Source of the DNA: Planctomycetota bacterium
GTDB taxonomy: Bacteria; Planctomycetota; UBA11346
Assembly: GCA_038231435.1 (NCBI GenBank)
Contig: JBBRLJ010000018.1
Span: 42,375 to 106,374 of the forward strand
Reading direction: 5' to 3'
Length of the DNA stretch: 64,000 nt
The notes under the pieces are model-generated. The model worked only from the letters and a program-made list of their open reading frames with translations. It was not told the DNA's origin and did no database searches. The position numbers and the translations under genes were made by a program. Below are positions 47,411 to 56,787 of this stretch, in pieces; position 1 is the first letter of the stretch, and each line of letters opens with the position of its first letter.

Positions 47411-49768
47411 TCAGGACCGCGGATCCGCCTCCACCACATGGGCGCCAGCTCCGAGCTCGATGAGGTAGCGGTCCCCCTCGCGTGTCGACGCGACCGGCTT
47501 GCCGTCGACGAGGATCGACGGCGTGCGCCGATCGACCGCCGGCAGCAGCACCCGGGCCGGACGCGGGGCGGTCAACTCGAGCCGCAGGCGCTCGTGGCTG
47601 CGCTGCCAACGCACCTGGACGACGCCGTGCGGCGTGGGCACCGTGCCCGCGGCCCAGTCGAGATCCGCGAGGATCGGAGCCACCAAGATTCGTTCGAAGC
47701 CGGCTTCGAGCGGGCGCACGCCGAGCAGGCGCGCTGGCATGGTGTAGGTCGGACCGGCCGACCAGCCGTGGCACGCGCTCAGGCCGCGGTCGAAGTGCTT
47801 GTGGCGCGGCCAGTCGAGCGAGAAGTACTCCCAGAAGGTGGTCGCGCCGCGGCGGATCATCTCGCCCCAGTAGCGACGCATCAGCTCCACCGCCGCGGTC
47901 TCGGCGCCGTAATCGAGCATGCCCTCGATGACGAAGAAGGCGTTGAAGCCGGTATCCATCGCCGCCACTCCCGCGCCGACCAGGCGGTCCGCCGCTTCGC
48001 GACCGAGACCGCGCTCAGGCACCCCAGACCATAGCGCGTAGCCGGTGTCGTTCTGGCCGTAGCGGTGCGATGCGTCGCGGTTGGATGGTCCGGCCAGGCC
48101 GGTGACCGGATCGATAAGCGTCTCGCGCAGCGCCTTGGCCATCGCGTCCGCGGTCTTGGCCCAACGTCCGGCCTCGGCGGCATGTCCCTTGCGCTTGGCC
48201 AGGTCGGCGCCGCGCGCCATCAACACTTGGAACGGGAAGGCTTCCCAGGCGCTGAAGCTGACCTGGGGCTGGGTCTTCCACGTGTCGAAATCCCCGCCCT
48301 TGGCTGGAGAGCCGACGAGCGACACCGAGTTCTTCTCGGCCTGCTCGACTGTCCAGTCGCACAGCCTGACGAAATTCGGCCACAGCTCCTCGAGGAATGA
48401 GCGGTCGCCGGTGAACCACCAGTGGTCGATGAAGGCGAGCCCGAAATGCGCCGACCACGCCGGGTAGAAGCCGTGGCAGCCACGGTACGGGCCGTACGGC
48501 GGCAGCGCGCCCTCAGCGTATTGCAGCGCGAACATCTGGCGCAGGGTCTTGCGATTCAGGCGCGGATCGCCGAAGGCGTACATCGAGATGCGATTCTCGG
48601 GATACACGTCGCCGCCATAGGTGGTGCGCTCGCGCCACGGGCAGTCGACGAAATGATCGAGCATGCTCAGGCGCATGGTGTGCGCGCCCACCTTCCAGAT
48701 GTCGGTGAGCATGTCGTCAGAGCAGCTGAAGGCGCCGACGTGCTCGACCGGATAGGTGTTCATCTCCACCGACACCGAATCGATCTCGATGCGCTCGGGA
48801 ACCTCGGGGAACACCAACTTCAAATAGCGAAAAGTGCGGCGGTTGAATGCCTGCAGCACCTGAGCGCCGCCCTTGAGCACGAAGCGGTCGACGCGCACCA
48901 GGTTGAGGCCCTCGCCGTAGAGCACGTCGACGACGCCGCCCGCGCTCTTGGCGATACGGATCTCGGGATAGCCGGTGACCAGCTCGTTGAAGTCGAGCAG
49001 GATCGAGGGCGAGAAGTCGGCGTGCGTCTTCTTCACCTCGGTGAACTTCTCGCCATACGACGGCCCCTGCACCAGACGCTGCTCGTGGTAGACCTCCCAG
49101 TCGTCGCGCCAGGCGTAGGTGACGCTGGCGCTCTCCCACGTGGCGCTGACCGGCCGGCGCAGCTCGCCGCCGAGCCAGGGGATTTCGCGTTCAACCAGGC
49201 GGGTCCACGGCTCGACCGGCGGCTTGCCGATCACCAGCGGCGCGCTCCAGGAGCGGTCGTCGAAGCCGGCTTCCATCCAGCCGGGGATCTCCTTCCGCGT
49301 ATCGATGTACTCCTTGTAGTCGGCGTAGAGCGTGCAGTTGATCGGCGCGGCCTGGTCCCACTCGGGGGCATGCAGCACCTTCCAGCCAGCATCGCTCACC
49401 AGCAGCGGCGCCTTGGCGCCATCGGCATGGACCTGCACGAGCAGGCCGCCGCGGCCCCAGTTCTGGCCGATGATGCCTTGGGGCGCGTCCGAATACGAGT
49501 ACGCGATCACGGCGATCGCGTTCTTGCCGGGTCGCAGGAACGGCGCGATGTCGTGGACGTCGTAGTAGTAGCGCGATGGATCGGTCGGATTCGGTCCCCG
49601 GCCGACGATGCGGCCGTTGACGAACAGCCGGTAGAGACTGCTCGCGGTGATGTTCACCGCCACCGCGGCGGGGACGCGTTCGAGCGTGAACTCGCGCCGC
49701 GCGAAGAGATAGAAGTTGTCGGTGCGCGGGGTCGGCGGGTGCCAGATCCACGATGCGGTCCAATCCAT
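47411..49768 (-). CDS. Alpha-L-rhamnosidase (GH78), no signal peptide
   Basis: ILLDF, RRTFRY, DCPWRER, GATTFWE, SACHGWSAGP, GTVPTPHG. Confidence 0.9.
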   Translation of the reverse strand: MDWTASWIWHPPTPRTDNFYLFARREFTLERVPAAVAVNITASSLYRLFVNGRIVGRGPNPTDPSRYYYDVHDIAPFLRPGKNAIAVIAYSYSDAPQGIIGQNWGRGGLLVQVHADGAKAPLLVSDAGWKVLHAPEWDQAAPINCTLYADYKEYIDTRKEIPGWMEAGFDDRSWSAPLVIGKPPVEPWTRLVEREIPWLGGELRRPVSATWESASVTYAWRDDWEVYHEQRLVQGPSYGEKFTEVKKTHADFSPSILLDFNELVTGYPEIRIAKSAGGVVDVLYGEGLNLVRVDRFVLKGGAQVLQAFNRRTFRYLKLVFPEVPERIEIDSVSVEMNTYPVEHVGAFSCSDDMLTDIWKVGAHTMRLSMLDHFVDCPWRERTTYGGDVYPENRISMYAFGDPRLNRKTLRQMFALQYAEGALPPYGPYRGCHGFYPAWSAHFGLAFIDHWWFTGDRSFLEELWPNFVRLCDWTVEQAEKNSVSLVGSPAKGGDFDTWKTQPQVSFSAWEAFPFQVLMARGADLAKRKGHAAEAGRWAKTADAMAKALRETLIDPVTGLAGPSNRDASHRYGQNDTGYALWSGVPERGLGREAADRLVGAGVAAMDTGFNAFFVIEGMLDYGAETAAVELMRRYWGEMIRRGATTFWEYFSLDWPRHKHFDRGLSACHGWSAGPTYTMPARLLGVRPLEAGFERILVAPILADLDWAAGTVPTPHGVVQVRWQRSHERLRLELTAPRPARVLLPAVDRRTPSILVDGKPVASTREGDRYLIELGAGAHVVEADPRS

Positions 49769-49797
49769 GATGCCTCCGGATATGCCTGGGAACCACG

Positions 49798-51126
49798 TCA
49801 GCGTGACGACGACGAAGCTCGGGCTTGGATGAACGGGATGGTCAACGGGCCCATCGGCAGCACCGCGACCGGCAGCTTCCCATCGGTCCAGCGCGCGGCG
49901 CAGGCCGCGAGCGACGCGTTGATGTCCTCGCCATGCTCGGTGCGCGTCAGGGCACGGTCGGCCGGGGCCAGCGTCGAATGCAGCACGATGCGCGCCTGTT
50001 CAAGACATTGGAGGAGCGTCTGCACCTGCCACTGGTCGTGGCGCGTGCGGCTCGCCGCCTTGATCGCCTGGTGCAGCTCAGGAGAACCGCGCGGATCCGC
50101 GAGGATCTTGCCGAACTCGCCCTCGGGCGGCAGGCCGACGCGGCATTCGCTCGCCACCAGGATGGTGCCGCCGCGCTCGACGATGCGCGCCGCCGCGGAG
50201 ATGCCCTTGACCGTCTGGTAGAAATTCTGATCGAGCGGATAGCCGCTGTTGGTGGTGACCACCACCGGGAAACGGCGCGCGACCGGCGTCAGGGCCTCTT
50301 CGATCGCCTGATGGCAGCCAGCGTCGTGCGCGGCGCGGCACTCGCCGGCGAAGACCCCGGTGATGCGCTTGCCCAGGTTCAGCGTGACGTTGACGATGAA
50401 ATCCGGCGGGCACAACGCGAGCATCTCGCGCGTCAGCGCCTGCAGCGGATTGGCGGCGATGTCGCCCCAGGTGGTGCCGGGGTGGGCGATCAGCGCAGCG
50501 CGATGGAAGTGCTGGATCGAGGCGAGCCCGGCGACACCCGGCATCACCGCCTTCGAACCACCCGAGAAGCCGGCATAGAAGTGCGGCTCGATGAAGCCGG
50601 TGGCGATCTTCACGTCGGCCTCTACCCACAGGCGGTTGAACCACGCCTCGCCGCCGCAGCGCGACGCGCCGACCCGCACCAAGCCGGCCGAATCGTTGCA
50701 GTCGTGGTTGACCACGCGGAAGCGCGCCGCCGAAGCGCCGAGCTTGCGCTCGATCTCGTGTGCGGTGGATCCACGGTGGGTGCCGGTGCCGACCAGCACC
50801 GTCACCATCGCATCGGCTACGCCGAGCCGCTCCACGACCCACGGCACCAGCAGGTGGTCGGGCACCGGTCGGGTGTGGTCGGCGATGACGATCACCACCG
50901 AACGCACCGGCCTGCCCAGCGATAGCGTCCTCGCGGCGATCAGCGCGCCCAGCGCCGGCGCGTCGCCGAACGGCGCGTCGACCGCGCGCGCGAACGCCGA
51001 TTCGGGATCCGCCAGGGCTGGCGGATCCTTGGGCATGATCACCGTCGCGTCGATCCGCGACTCGTCGATCGCCAGATCGATGCCGTGTTCTCCGTACGCG
51101 AGCTTGACCATGCGCGGCATCTTCAC
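49798..51126 (-). CDS. larA: LarA-family nickel-pincer racemase/epimerase
   Basis: DHTRP, GTGTHR, GFIEPHFYAGFSGGSK, HFH, GYPLDQNFYQTVKG, ASECRVG; start GTG 51126 or ATG 51120. Confidence 0.9.
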   Translation of the reverse strand: MKMPRMVKLAYGEHGIDLAIDESRIDATVIMPKDPPALADPESAFARAVDAPFGDAPALGALIAARTLSLGRPVRSVVIVIADHTRPVPDHLLVPWVVERLGVADAMVTVLVGTGTHRGSTAHEIERKLGASAARFRVVNHDCNDSAGLVRVGASRCGGEAWFNRLWVEADVKIATGFIEPHFYAGFSGGSKAVMPGVAGLASIQHFHRAALIAHPGTTWGDIAANPLQALTREMLALCPPDFIVNVTLNLGKRITGVFAGECRAAHDAGCHQAIEEALTPVARRFPVVVTTNSGYPLDQNFYQTVKGISAAARIVERGGTILVASECRVGLPPEGEFGKILADPRGSPELHQAIKAASRTRHDQWQVQTLLQCLEQARIVLHSTLAPADRALTRTEHGEDINASLAACAARWTDGKLPVAVLPMGPLTIPFIQARASSSSR

Positions 51127-51238
51127 CTTTTCGCTGCCCGCCGGGCGGACCAGGACCAGCCCCGATGTCCGCGGAAGGTACGCGGATCATCGAGGCATGT
51201 AAGCACGGAGCGGCATCGCCGCTCCGTCGACGGCGCGT

Positions 51239-53440
51239 TCAGCGCAGGAAGGCCTCGTGCAGACCGCCATCGATGGCGATGACCTGGCCGGTCGACTTGG
51301 ACAGGCGGTTCGAGAGCAGCAGGAAGATGCCCTCGGCCTGGTCCGCCGGGGTGATCGCCTTCTTCAGGAGCGTGCGGTCGGCGTAGAAGTTCGCGAGCTT
51401 GTCGCGCAGCTCCTCGGTCGATTCGCTCTCGCTGTAGGCGATCTTGTACTTCGCCAGCGAGCTGATCACGCGGTCGCGCGGGAACATCGCGCTGCCCTGC
51501 ACCACCGTCGCGGGGGCGACGGCGTTCACCCGCACCAGCGGCGCCAGCTCGACGGCGAGCTCGCGCACCAGGTGGTTGGCGGCGGCCTTCGATGTGTCGT
51601 AGGCCAAAGAGCCCTTCTTCGCCACGGCGGCGTTGACGCTGGTGCACAGCACGATGTTCGCGGGCAGGCCCTGCTCCTTGAACAGCCTGCCGGCCTCGTC
51701 GCCGACGATGTAGCCGCCGGTGACGTTGATCGCGAAGGTCAGGGCCCACTTGTCGTCCGGGATTCGCCCGGCGGTATCGGGTGCGACGAAGATGCCGGCT
51801 GTGACCACCACCGCGTCGACGCCGCCGTACGCGAAGATCGAATCCTCGAGCATCGCGCGGACCTTGTCGCGGTTGGTGATGTCGGCGGCGAGGCCGATCG
51901 CCGGACCGCAGCCCGAGAGGCCGGTGCCCGCGACGCCGATGCCGACGCCGTGGATGTCGGTGATCTCCTTGGCGGTGGCGCCCGAGAGGTCCTCCTTCAT
52001 GTCGACGCAGATCACCTGCGCGCCTTCCTTGACCAGACGGTGGGCCACTTCCTTGCCGATGCCGGAGCCGGCGCCGATCACCGCGATGACCTGGCGCGAC
52101 AGCTCCTTCTCGGGCGGCATGCGCTTGAGCTTGGCTTCCTCGAGCAGCCAGTACTCGATGTCGAAGGCCTCCTGCTGGGCGATGGCGACGTACTCGTCCA
52201 TGGCCTCGGCGCCGCGCATCACCTCGACCGCACAGTTGTAGAACTCGGCGGTGACGCGCGATTCGGACTTGTCCTTGCCGAAGGCGATCATGCCGCAGCC
52301 CGGGATCAGGATCACCGACGGGCTGGCGTCGCGCATCGCCGGCGAATTGGCGCGCTTGCAGCGCTCGTAGTACGCGGCGTAGTCCTTGCGATACTGCTCG
52401 ATGCCCTTCGCGAGCTTGGCCTTGAGCGCGGCGGCGTCCTCCTTCTGCGGATTCCAGTCGACGTAGAGCGGCTTGATCTTGGTGCGCAGGAAGTGGTCCG
52501 GGCACGAGGTGCCGAGCTCGGCGAGGCGCGCGGCGTCGACCGAGTTGACGAAGCGCAGCATGGTCTCGTCGTCCTGCACGGTCGCGATCAGGCGCTTCTT
52601 CTGCGATACCTGTCCGCGCAGCCACGGCAGGATGGCCACGAACGCCGCTTTCCTCTTCGCCTGATCCAGTGATTGCACCTTCTGGCCGCCGAAGGTCTTG
52701 TCGCCCTTGTCGGACTTGGCGATGTAGTCGTCAGCCTTCTTGATGATGTCGATGGTCAGCTCGTAGCAGGACTTGTCCTCATCGGTCCAGTTGATCACCC
52801 CATGGCCGCCCATGATGATGCCCTTGGCCTTGGGATGCTGCTTGCAGACCTCCTGCATTTTCAGGCCGAGATCGAATCCGGGACGCTGCCACGGGACCCA
52901 CACCAGCTCGTCGCCATAGACCTTCCTGGTCAGCTCCTTCGAGTTCTTGGCGGCGGCGATGGCGATCACCGAGTTCGGGTGCATGTGGTCGACCTGCTTG
53001 TGCGGCACGTACGAGTGCAGCGGCGTGTCGATCGAGGTGGCGCGCGGATTGAGGTTGAAGGTGCAGTGGGGATACATGCCCACCATCAGGTCCTCGGTGT
53101 CGGTCTTGGGGCCCGGGTTGGGCAGCGCTGCGTAGGTCTTCTGCAAACCGATCAGCCGATCCTGGTAGAGCGACGAGAAGTTCTCCTTCTTCGAAGTGCG
53201 CAGGTCGCCGCCCGAACCCTTGACCCACATCACCTCGACCATCTGGCCGGTGAGCGGATCCTTCTCCATGATCTTGCCCGAGGTGTTGCCGCCGCCGGTG
53301 TTGGTCACGCGCTGGTCCGAACCGAGCAGGTTCGAACGGTAGATCAGCTTGCCGACGGCGTCGAGCTTCGCGGCCACGGCATCGTCCCAGGCAGGGTACG
53401 GCTTGGCGGCGGACGAAGCTGAGGTCTTGGGAGCGGTCAT
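51239..53440 (-). CDS. rhaEW: Bifunctional rhamnulose-1-phosphate aldolase / lactaldehyde dehydrogenase (RhaEW/YuxG type)
   Basis: GGGNTS, KGSGGDL, SIDTPLH, VDHMHP, SCPDHFLRTK, EYWLLEEAKL, then SDR GAGSGIG...YDTSK. Confidence 0.95.
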   Translation of the reverse strand: MTAPKTSASSAAKPYPAWDDAVAAKLDAVGKLIYRSNLLGSDQRVTNTGGGNTSGKIMEKDPLTGQMVEVMWVKGSGGDLRTSKKENFSSLYQDRLIGLQKTYAALPNPGPKTDTEDLMVGMYPHCTFNLNPRATSIDTPLHSYVPHKQVDHMHPNSVIAIAAAKNSKELTRKVYGDELVWVPWQRPGFDLGLKMQEVCKQHPKAKGIIMGGHGVINWTDEDKSCYELTIDIIKKADDYIAKSDKGDKTFGGQKVQSLDQAKRKAAFVAILPWLRGQVSQKKRLIATVQDDETMLRFVNSVDAARLAELGTSCPDHFLRTKIKPLYVDWNPQKEDAAALKAKLAKGIEQYRKDYAAYYERCKRANSPAMRDASPSVILIPGCGMIAFGKDKSESRVTAEFYNCAVEVMRGAEAMDEYVAIAQQEAFDIEYWLLEEAKLKRMPPEKELSRQVIAVIGAGSGIGKEVAHRLVKEGAQVICVDMKEDLSGATAKEITDIHGVGIGVAGTGLSGCGPAIGLAADITNRDKVRAMLEDSIFAYGGVDAVVVTAGIFVAPDTAGRIPDDKWALTFAINVTGGYIVGDEAGRLFKEQGLPANIVLCTSVNAAVAKKGSLAYDTSKAAANHLVRELAVELAPLVRVNAVAPATVVQGSAMFPRDRVISSLAKYKIAYSESESTEELRDKLANFYADRTLLKKAITPADQAEGIFLLLSNRLSKSTGQVIAIDGGLHEAFLR

Positions 53441-53460
53441 GGGTTCCTCGGGGTCAAAGT

Positions 53461-53491
53461 TCAGGGTGTCAGGGTGTCAGGGTGTCAGGGT
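53461..53491. repeat. 8-bp tandem repeat (TCAGGGTG)x3.9 overlapping the rhaB stop
   Basis: Read directly. Confidence 0.85.
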
Positions 53492-54978
53492 AAGGATTGG
53501 AAACGCTGGTAGGCGGCCTGCCACGCGAGGGCGTCCTTGGCGACGTAGGTCGTCACCGGGAAGGAGGCGCGCACCACGCGGCGCAGGGCGGCGAGATCCT
53601 TCAGGCGGCCCATGGCGATGGCCTGGATGAGGACGTTGCCGATGGCGGTGGCCTCGACCGGCCCGCAGATCACCCGGCGGCCGGTGGCCTCGGCGGCAAA
53701 CTGGTTCAGGAGCTGGTTCTTGGTGCCACCGCCGACGATGTGCAGCCGCGTCAGCTTCTTGCCGGTGACCACCTCGATCTCCTCGAGCGTCCGGCGGTAG
53801 GACAGCGCCAGGCTCTCGAGGGCGCAGCGGACGATCTCGCCGTGGGACGACGGCACCGGCTGTCCGGTCTCGCGGCAGTAGGCCGCTACCTTCTCGGGCA
53901 TCTCGCCAGGCTTGCCGAAGCGCGCATCCGACGGGTTGATCAGCGAGCGCAGCGGCTTGGCCGCATGGGCCATCTCGGTGAGCTGCTCGTACGAGAAATC
54001 CGCGCCGCCGCCGGCGTTCGAGGCCCAGGCGCGGCGGCATTCCTGCACGATCCACAGGCCGACGATGTTCTTCAGGAAGCGCGTCGAACTGCCGATGCCA
54101 ATCTCGTTGGTGAAGTTGTGCTTCCGGCTCAGCGCGGTGATGATCGGAGTGGGGCTCTCGATGCCGAGCAGCGACCAGGTGCCCGAGCTGAGGTACGCCC
54201 AGCCGTCGCCTTCTTCCGAGGGCACCGCGGCGACCGCCGCGCCGGTATCGTGCGAGCAGGTGGCGACGATCTGCGCGCCCTGGATGCCGGTCTCGTCGGC
54301 GACATCCTTCAGGATGGGGCCGAGCCGGGTGCCCGAGGGAACCACCTCGGGAAACAGGTGCCGGGGGATGCCGAGGCGCTCGATGATCTTGGACGACCAC
54401 GATTTGGTGCGTGGGTTCCACAGCTGGGTGGTGCTGGCCATCGACTCCTCGGCCTTGACCACGCCCGAAAACAGCCAGTTCACGTAATCGCCGATGGGCA
54501 GGAAGCGCTCGGCGAGCTGCAACAGCTCGGGGCGGATGGCCTGATCCGCGTGCAGCTGGAAGAGCGTGTTGATGAGCATGAACTGGATTCCGGATTCCTC
54601 GAAGATCTCGTCGGCCGAGATCAGCGCGAACGCGCGCTCGTAGCCACCGTCCATGCGGTTGTCGCGGTAGTGGAACGGCACCGACAGCATCGGCTCATTG
54701 GCGCGCATCAGGGCGTAGTCCACACCCCATGAATCGGTGCTCACGCTGTCGACCGCGATGCCGCGCGCCGCGACCTTGCGCATGCCGGCCTTGAGCTCCT
54801 CGAAGATGCGCAGCATGTCCCAGCGCAACGAGCCGGCGATGCGCATGCCGCCGGTGGGGAAGCGGTGGATCTCCTCGAGCGTCAGACGATCGCCAGACGA
54901 TCCGCTGGAGAGGTTACCGATCATGACCCGGCCGCTCTCAGCTCCGAGGTCGCAGGCGAGGTAGGTGTTGGTGCTCAT
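53485..54978 (-). CDS. rhaB: Rhamnulokinase
   Basis: DLGAESGR, EEIHRF, DSWGVDY, YRD.R, HDTGAAV, SSGTWSL, FTNE, LKNIVGLW, ESLA, GPVEATAIGN. Confidence 0.95.
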   Translation of the reverse strand: MSTNTYLACDLGAESGRVMIGNLSSGSSGDRLTLEEIHRFPTGGMRIAGSLRWDMLRIFEELKAGMRKVAARGIAVDSVSTDSWGVDYALMRANEPMLSVPFHYRDNRMDGGYERAFALISADEIFEESGIQFMLINTLFQLHADQAIRPELLQLAERFLPIGDYVNWLFSGVVKAEESMASTTQLWNPRTKSWSSKIIERLGIPRHLFPEVVPSGTRLGPILKDVADETGIQGAQIVATCSHDTGAAVAAVPSEEGDGWAYLSSGTWSLLGIESPTPIITALSRKHNFTNEIGIGSSTRFLKNIVGLWIVQECRRAWASNAGGGADFSYEQLTEMAHAAKPLRSLINPSDARFGKPGEMPEKVAAYCRETGQPVPSSHGEIVRCALESLALSYRRTLEEIEVVTGKKLTRLHIVGGGTKNQLLNQFAAEATGRRVICGPVEATAIGNVLIQAIAMGRLKDLAALRRVVRASFPVTTYVAKDALAWQAAYQRFQSLP

Positions 54979-55069
54979 GGCGAGGACCATCGCGCCCTGG
55001 CGCCCCCGGCTCTAGCGGAAAATGCCCGTCCGACGCGACCGTTCGTCCTTCCGTCCGTCATGCTGTCCG

Positions 55070-55846
55070 TCATGAAGAGAGCACCTGGCGCTTGAGCAGC
55101 GAGATGCCGGCGACCTTCAGCTCGGCTGGATCGGCGTCGGTGACCAGACGGTCGACCTTCGACCACGGCAGCAGGAATTCCGCCGCGCGGGTCCCGGCCT
55201 TGGTCGCATCGAGGCAGAATGCGACGCGCGGCGTCATGGCCGCCACCGCCCGCTGCAGCGCGACCACGTCGGCCTGCGAATTCCACAGGCCTTCGGCATC
55301 CATGCCTTCGGCGCTGAGGAAGGCGATGTCGAAGTGCCAGAGCTTGAGCGAGCGCTGGGCGCGCGCGCCCAGCAGCACGCGCTGGCGCGAGGCGAAGCGT
55401 CCGCCAACCAGATCGATGTCGATGCCGTCGACCTCGGAGAGCATCTCGGCGATCGGCAGGTTGTTGGTCACCACCGTCAAGGGCCGCGGACCGTCCTTGG
55501 CCAACGCCTCGGCCAGCGCGTAGATGGTGGTGCCCGCGTCCATGAAGCAGGTGGCGCGCGGCTTGATCAGCGACAGGGCCGCGCGAGCGATGCGCTGCTT
55601 GCGTTCGCGGTTGGCGTGCTGCCGGTCGCGGAAGGAGGCGAAGCGCTGGTCGTACTCCATCAGCGCACCGCCATAGGTGCGGGTGATGGTGTTCTGCTTC
55701 GCCAGAACCGCGAGATCGCGGCGCGCGGTAGCCTCGGAGACGCGCAGGCGCGAGCAGACCTCGGCCAGGGGCATGTACTGGTGCTGGCGCAGAAGCTGGG
55801 CCAGCTTCTCGCGCCTGCCCCTGACGATGTGCATCGCGACCTTCAT
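55070..55846 (-). CDS. DeoR/GlpR-family regulator (likely rhamnose regulator)
   Basis: VSEATARRDL, RTYGGA, K.RIA, MDAGTT, VVTNN. Confidence 0.92.
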   Translation of the reverse strand: MKVAMHIVRGRREKLAQLLRQHQYMPLAEVCSRLRVSEATARRDLAVLAKQNTITRTYGGALMEYDQRFASFRDRQHANRERKQRIARAALSLIKPRATCFMDAGTTIYALAEALAKDGPRPLTVVTNNLPIAEMLSEVDGIDIDLVGGRFASRQRVLLGARAQRSLKLWHFDIAFLSAEGMDAEGLWNSQADVVALQRAVAAMTPRVAFCLDATKAGTRAAEFLLPWSKVDRLVTDADPAELKVAGISLLKRQVLSS

Positions 55847-55868
55847 CGGTCCGGGCAGTTTACGATTA

Positions 55869-55888
55869 TATGATTGACGTCAATCATA
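55869..55888. promoter_or_regulatory. Perfect 20-bp palindrome, putative operator between divergent deoR-rha and lut operons
   Basis: TATGATTGAC|GTCAATCATA in an AT-rich 100-bp intergenic gap; contains TTGACG on both strands. Confidence 0.75.
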
Positions 55889-55946
55889 AAAAATTCAGGC
55901 TCCAAGCGCCTGGCAGGCAGCCTAGCATGCCCCTTTCCGGAAGCGC

Positions 55947-56750
55947 ATGACCACTCACCAGACCGACACGACCACCTCCAAGACTACCGCCAAGACCATC
56001 GCCAAAACGACGGATGTAGCCCTCTTCATCCCCTGCTATATCGACCAGCTCTTCCCCCGCGTGGGGCAGGCCACGGTCGAGGTGCTGCGTCGCGCCGGTT
56101 GCACCGTGCGCTTCGATGCGCGTCAGACCTGCTGCGGCCAGCCCATGGCCAACAGCGGCTGCACCGCCGACGCAGCGAAGCTGGCGCGGCGGCATCTCGA
56201 CATCTTCGCCGGGGCCACCACCGTCTGCCCCTCGGGCTCGTGCGCCAGCATGGTGCGCAACCACTACGCCCACCTGCCGATCACCGTGTCAGAAGACGAT
56301 CGCGTGACCATGCGCCGCACCTTCGAGCTGAGCGAATTCCTGGTCGACGTGCTGGGCGTCACCGATCTCGGCGCCAGCTTCCCGCACCACGTGGCGATCC
56401 ACCAGAGCTGCCACGGCCTGCGCGAACTCGGCCTCGGGCGCATGAGCGAGCGCATGGACTCCGACAGGCCATCGCCGGTCGAGCGCCTGCTGCGCGGCGT
56501 CAAGGGCATCACCATCTCGAAGCCAAAGCGGCCCGACGAGTGCTGCGGGTTCGGCGGCACCTTCGCGGTGCAGGAGCCGGTGCTGTCGGTGCGCATGGGC
56601 GAGGATCGCATCGCTGATCTCGAACAGACCGGGGCCGAGTTCATGGTCGCTGGCGACATGAGCTGCCTGATGCACCTCGACGGCATCCGCAAGCGCCAGG
56701 CGCATGGGCCGAAGGCGATCCACGTCGCCGAGATCCTGGCGGCCCGATGA
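55947..56750 (+). CDS. lutA: L-lactate utilisation protein A (LutA/LldE/YkgE)
   Basis: LFIPCYID, QTCCGQP, SGSC, SCHGLR, CCGFGGTF, DMSCLMH. Confidence 0.95.
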   Translation: MTTHQTDTTTSKTTAKTIAKTTDVALFIPCYIDQLFPRVGQATVEVLRRAGCTVRFDARQTCCGQPMANSGCTADAAKLARRHLDIFAGATTVCPSGSCASMVRNHYAHLPITVSEDDRVTMRRTFELSEFLVDVLGVTDLGASFPHHVAIHQSCHGLRELGLGRMSERMDSDRPSPVERLLRGVKGITISKPKRPDECCGFGGTFAVQEPVLSVRMGEDRIADLEQTGAEFMVAGDMSCLMHLDGIRKRQAHGPKAIHVAEILAAR

Positions 56751-56787
56751 TCTGGAACAGGGACGGGACCCGGAGCCGGGCGGACGC

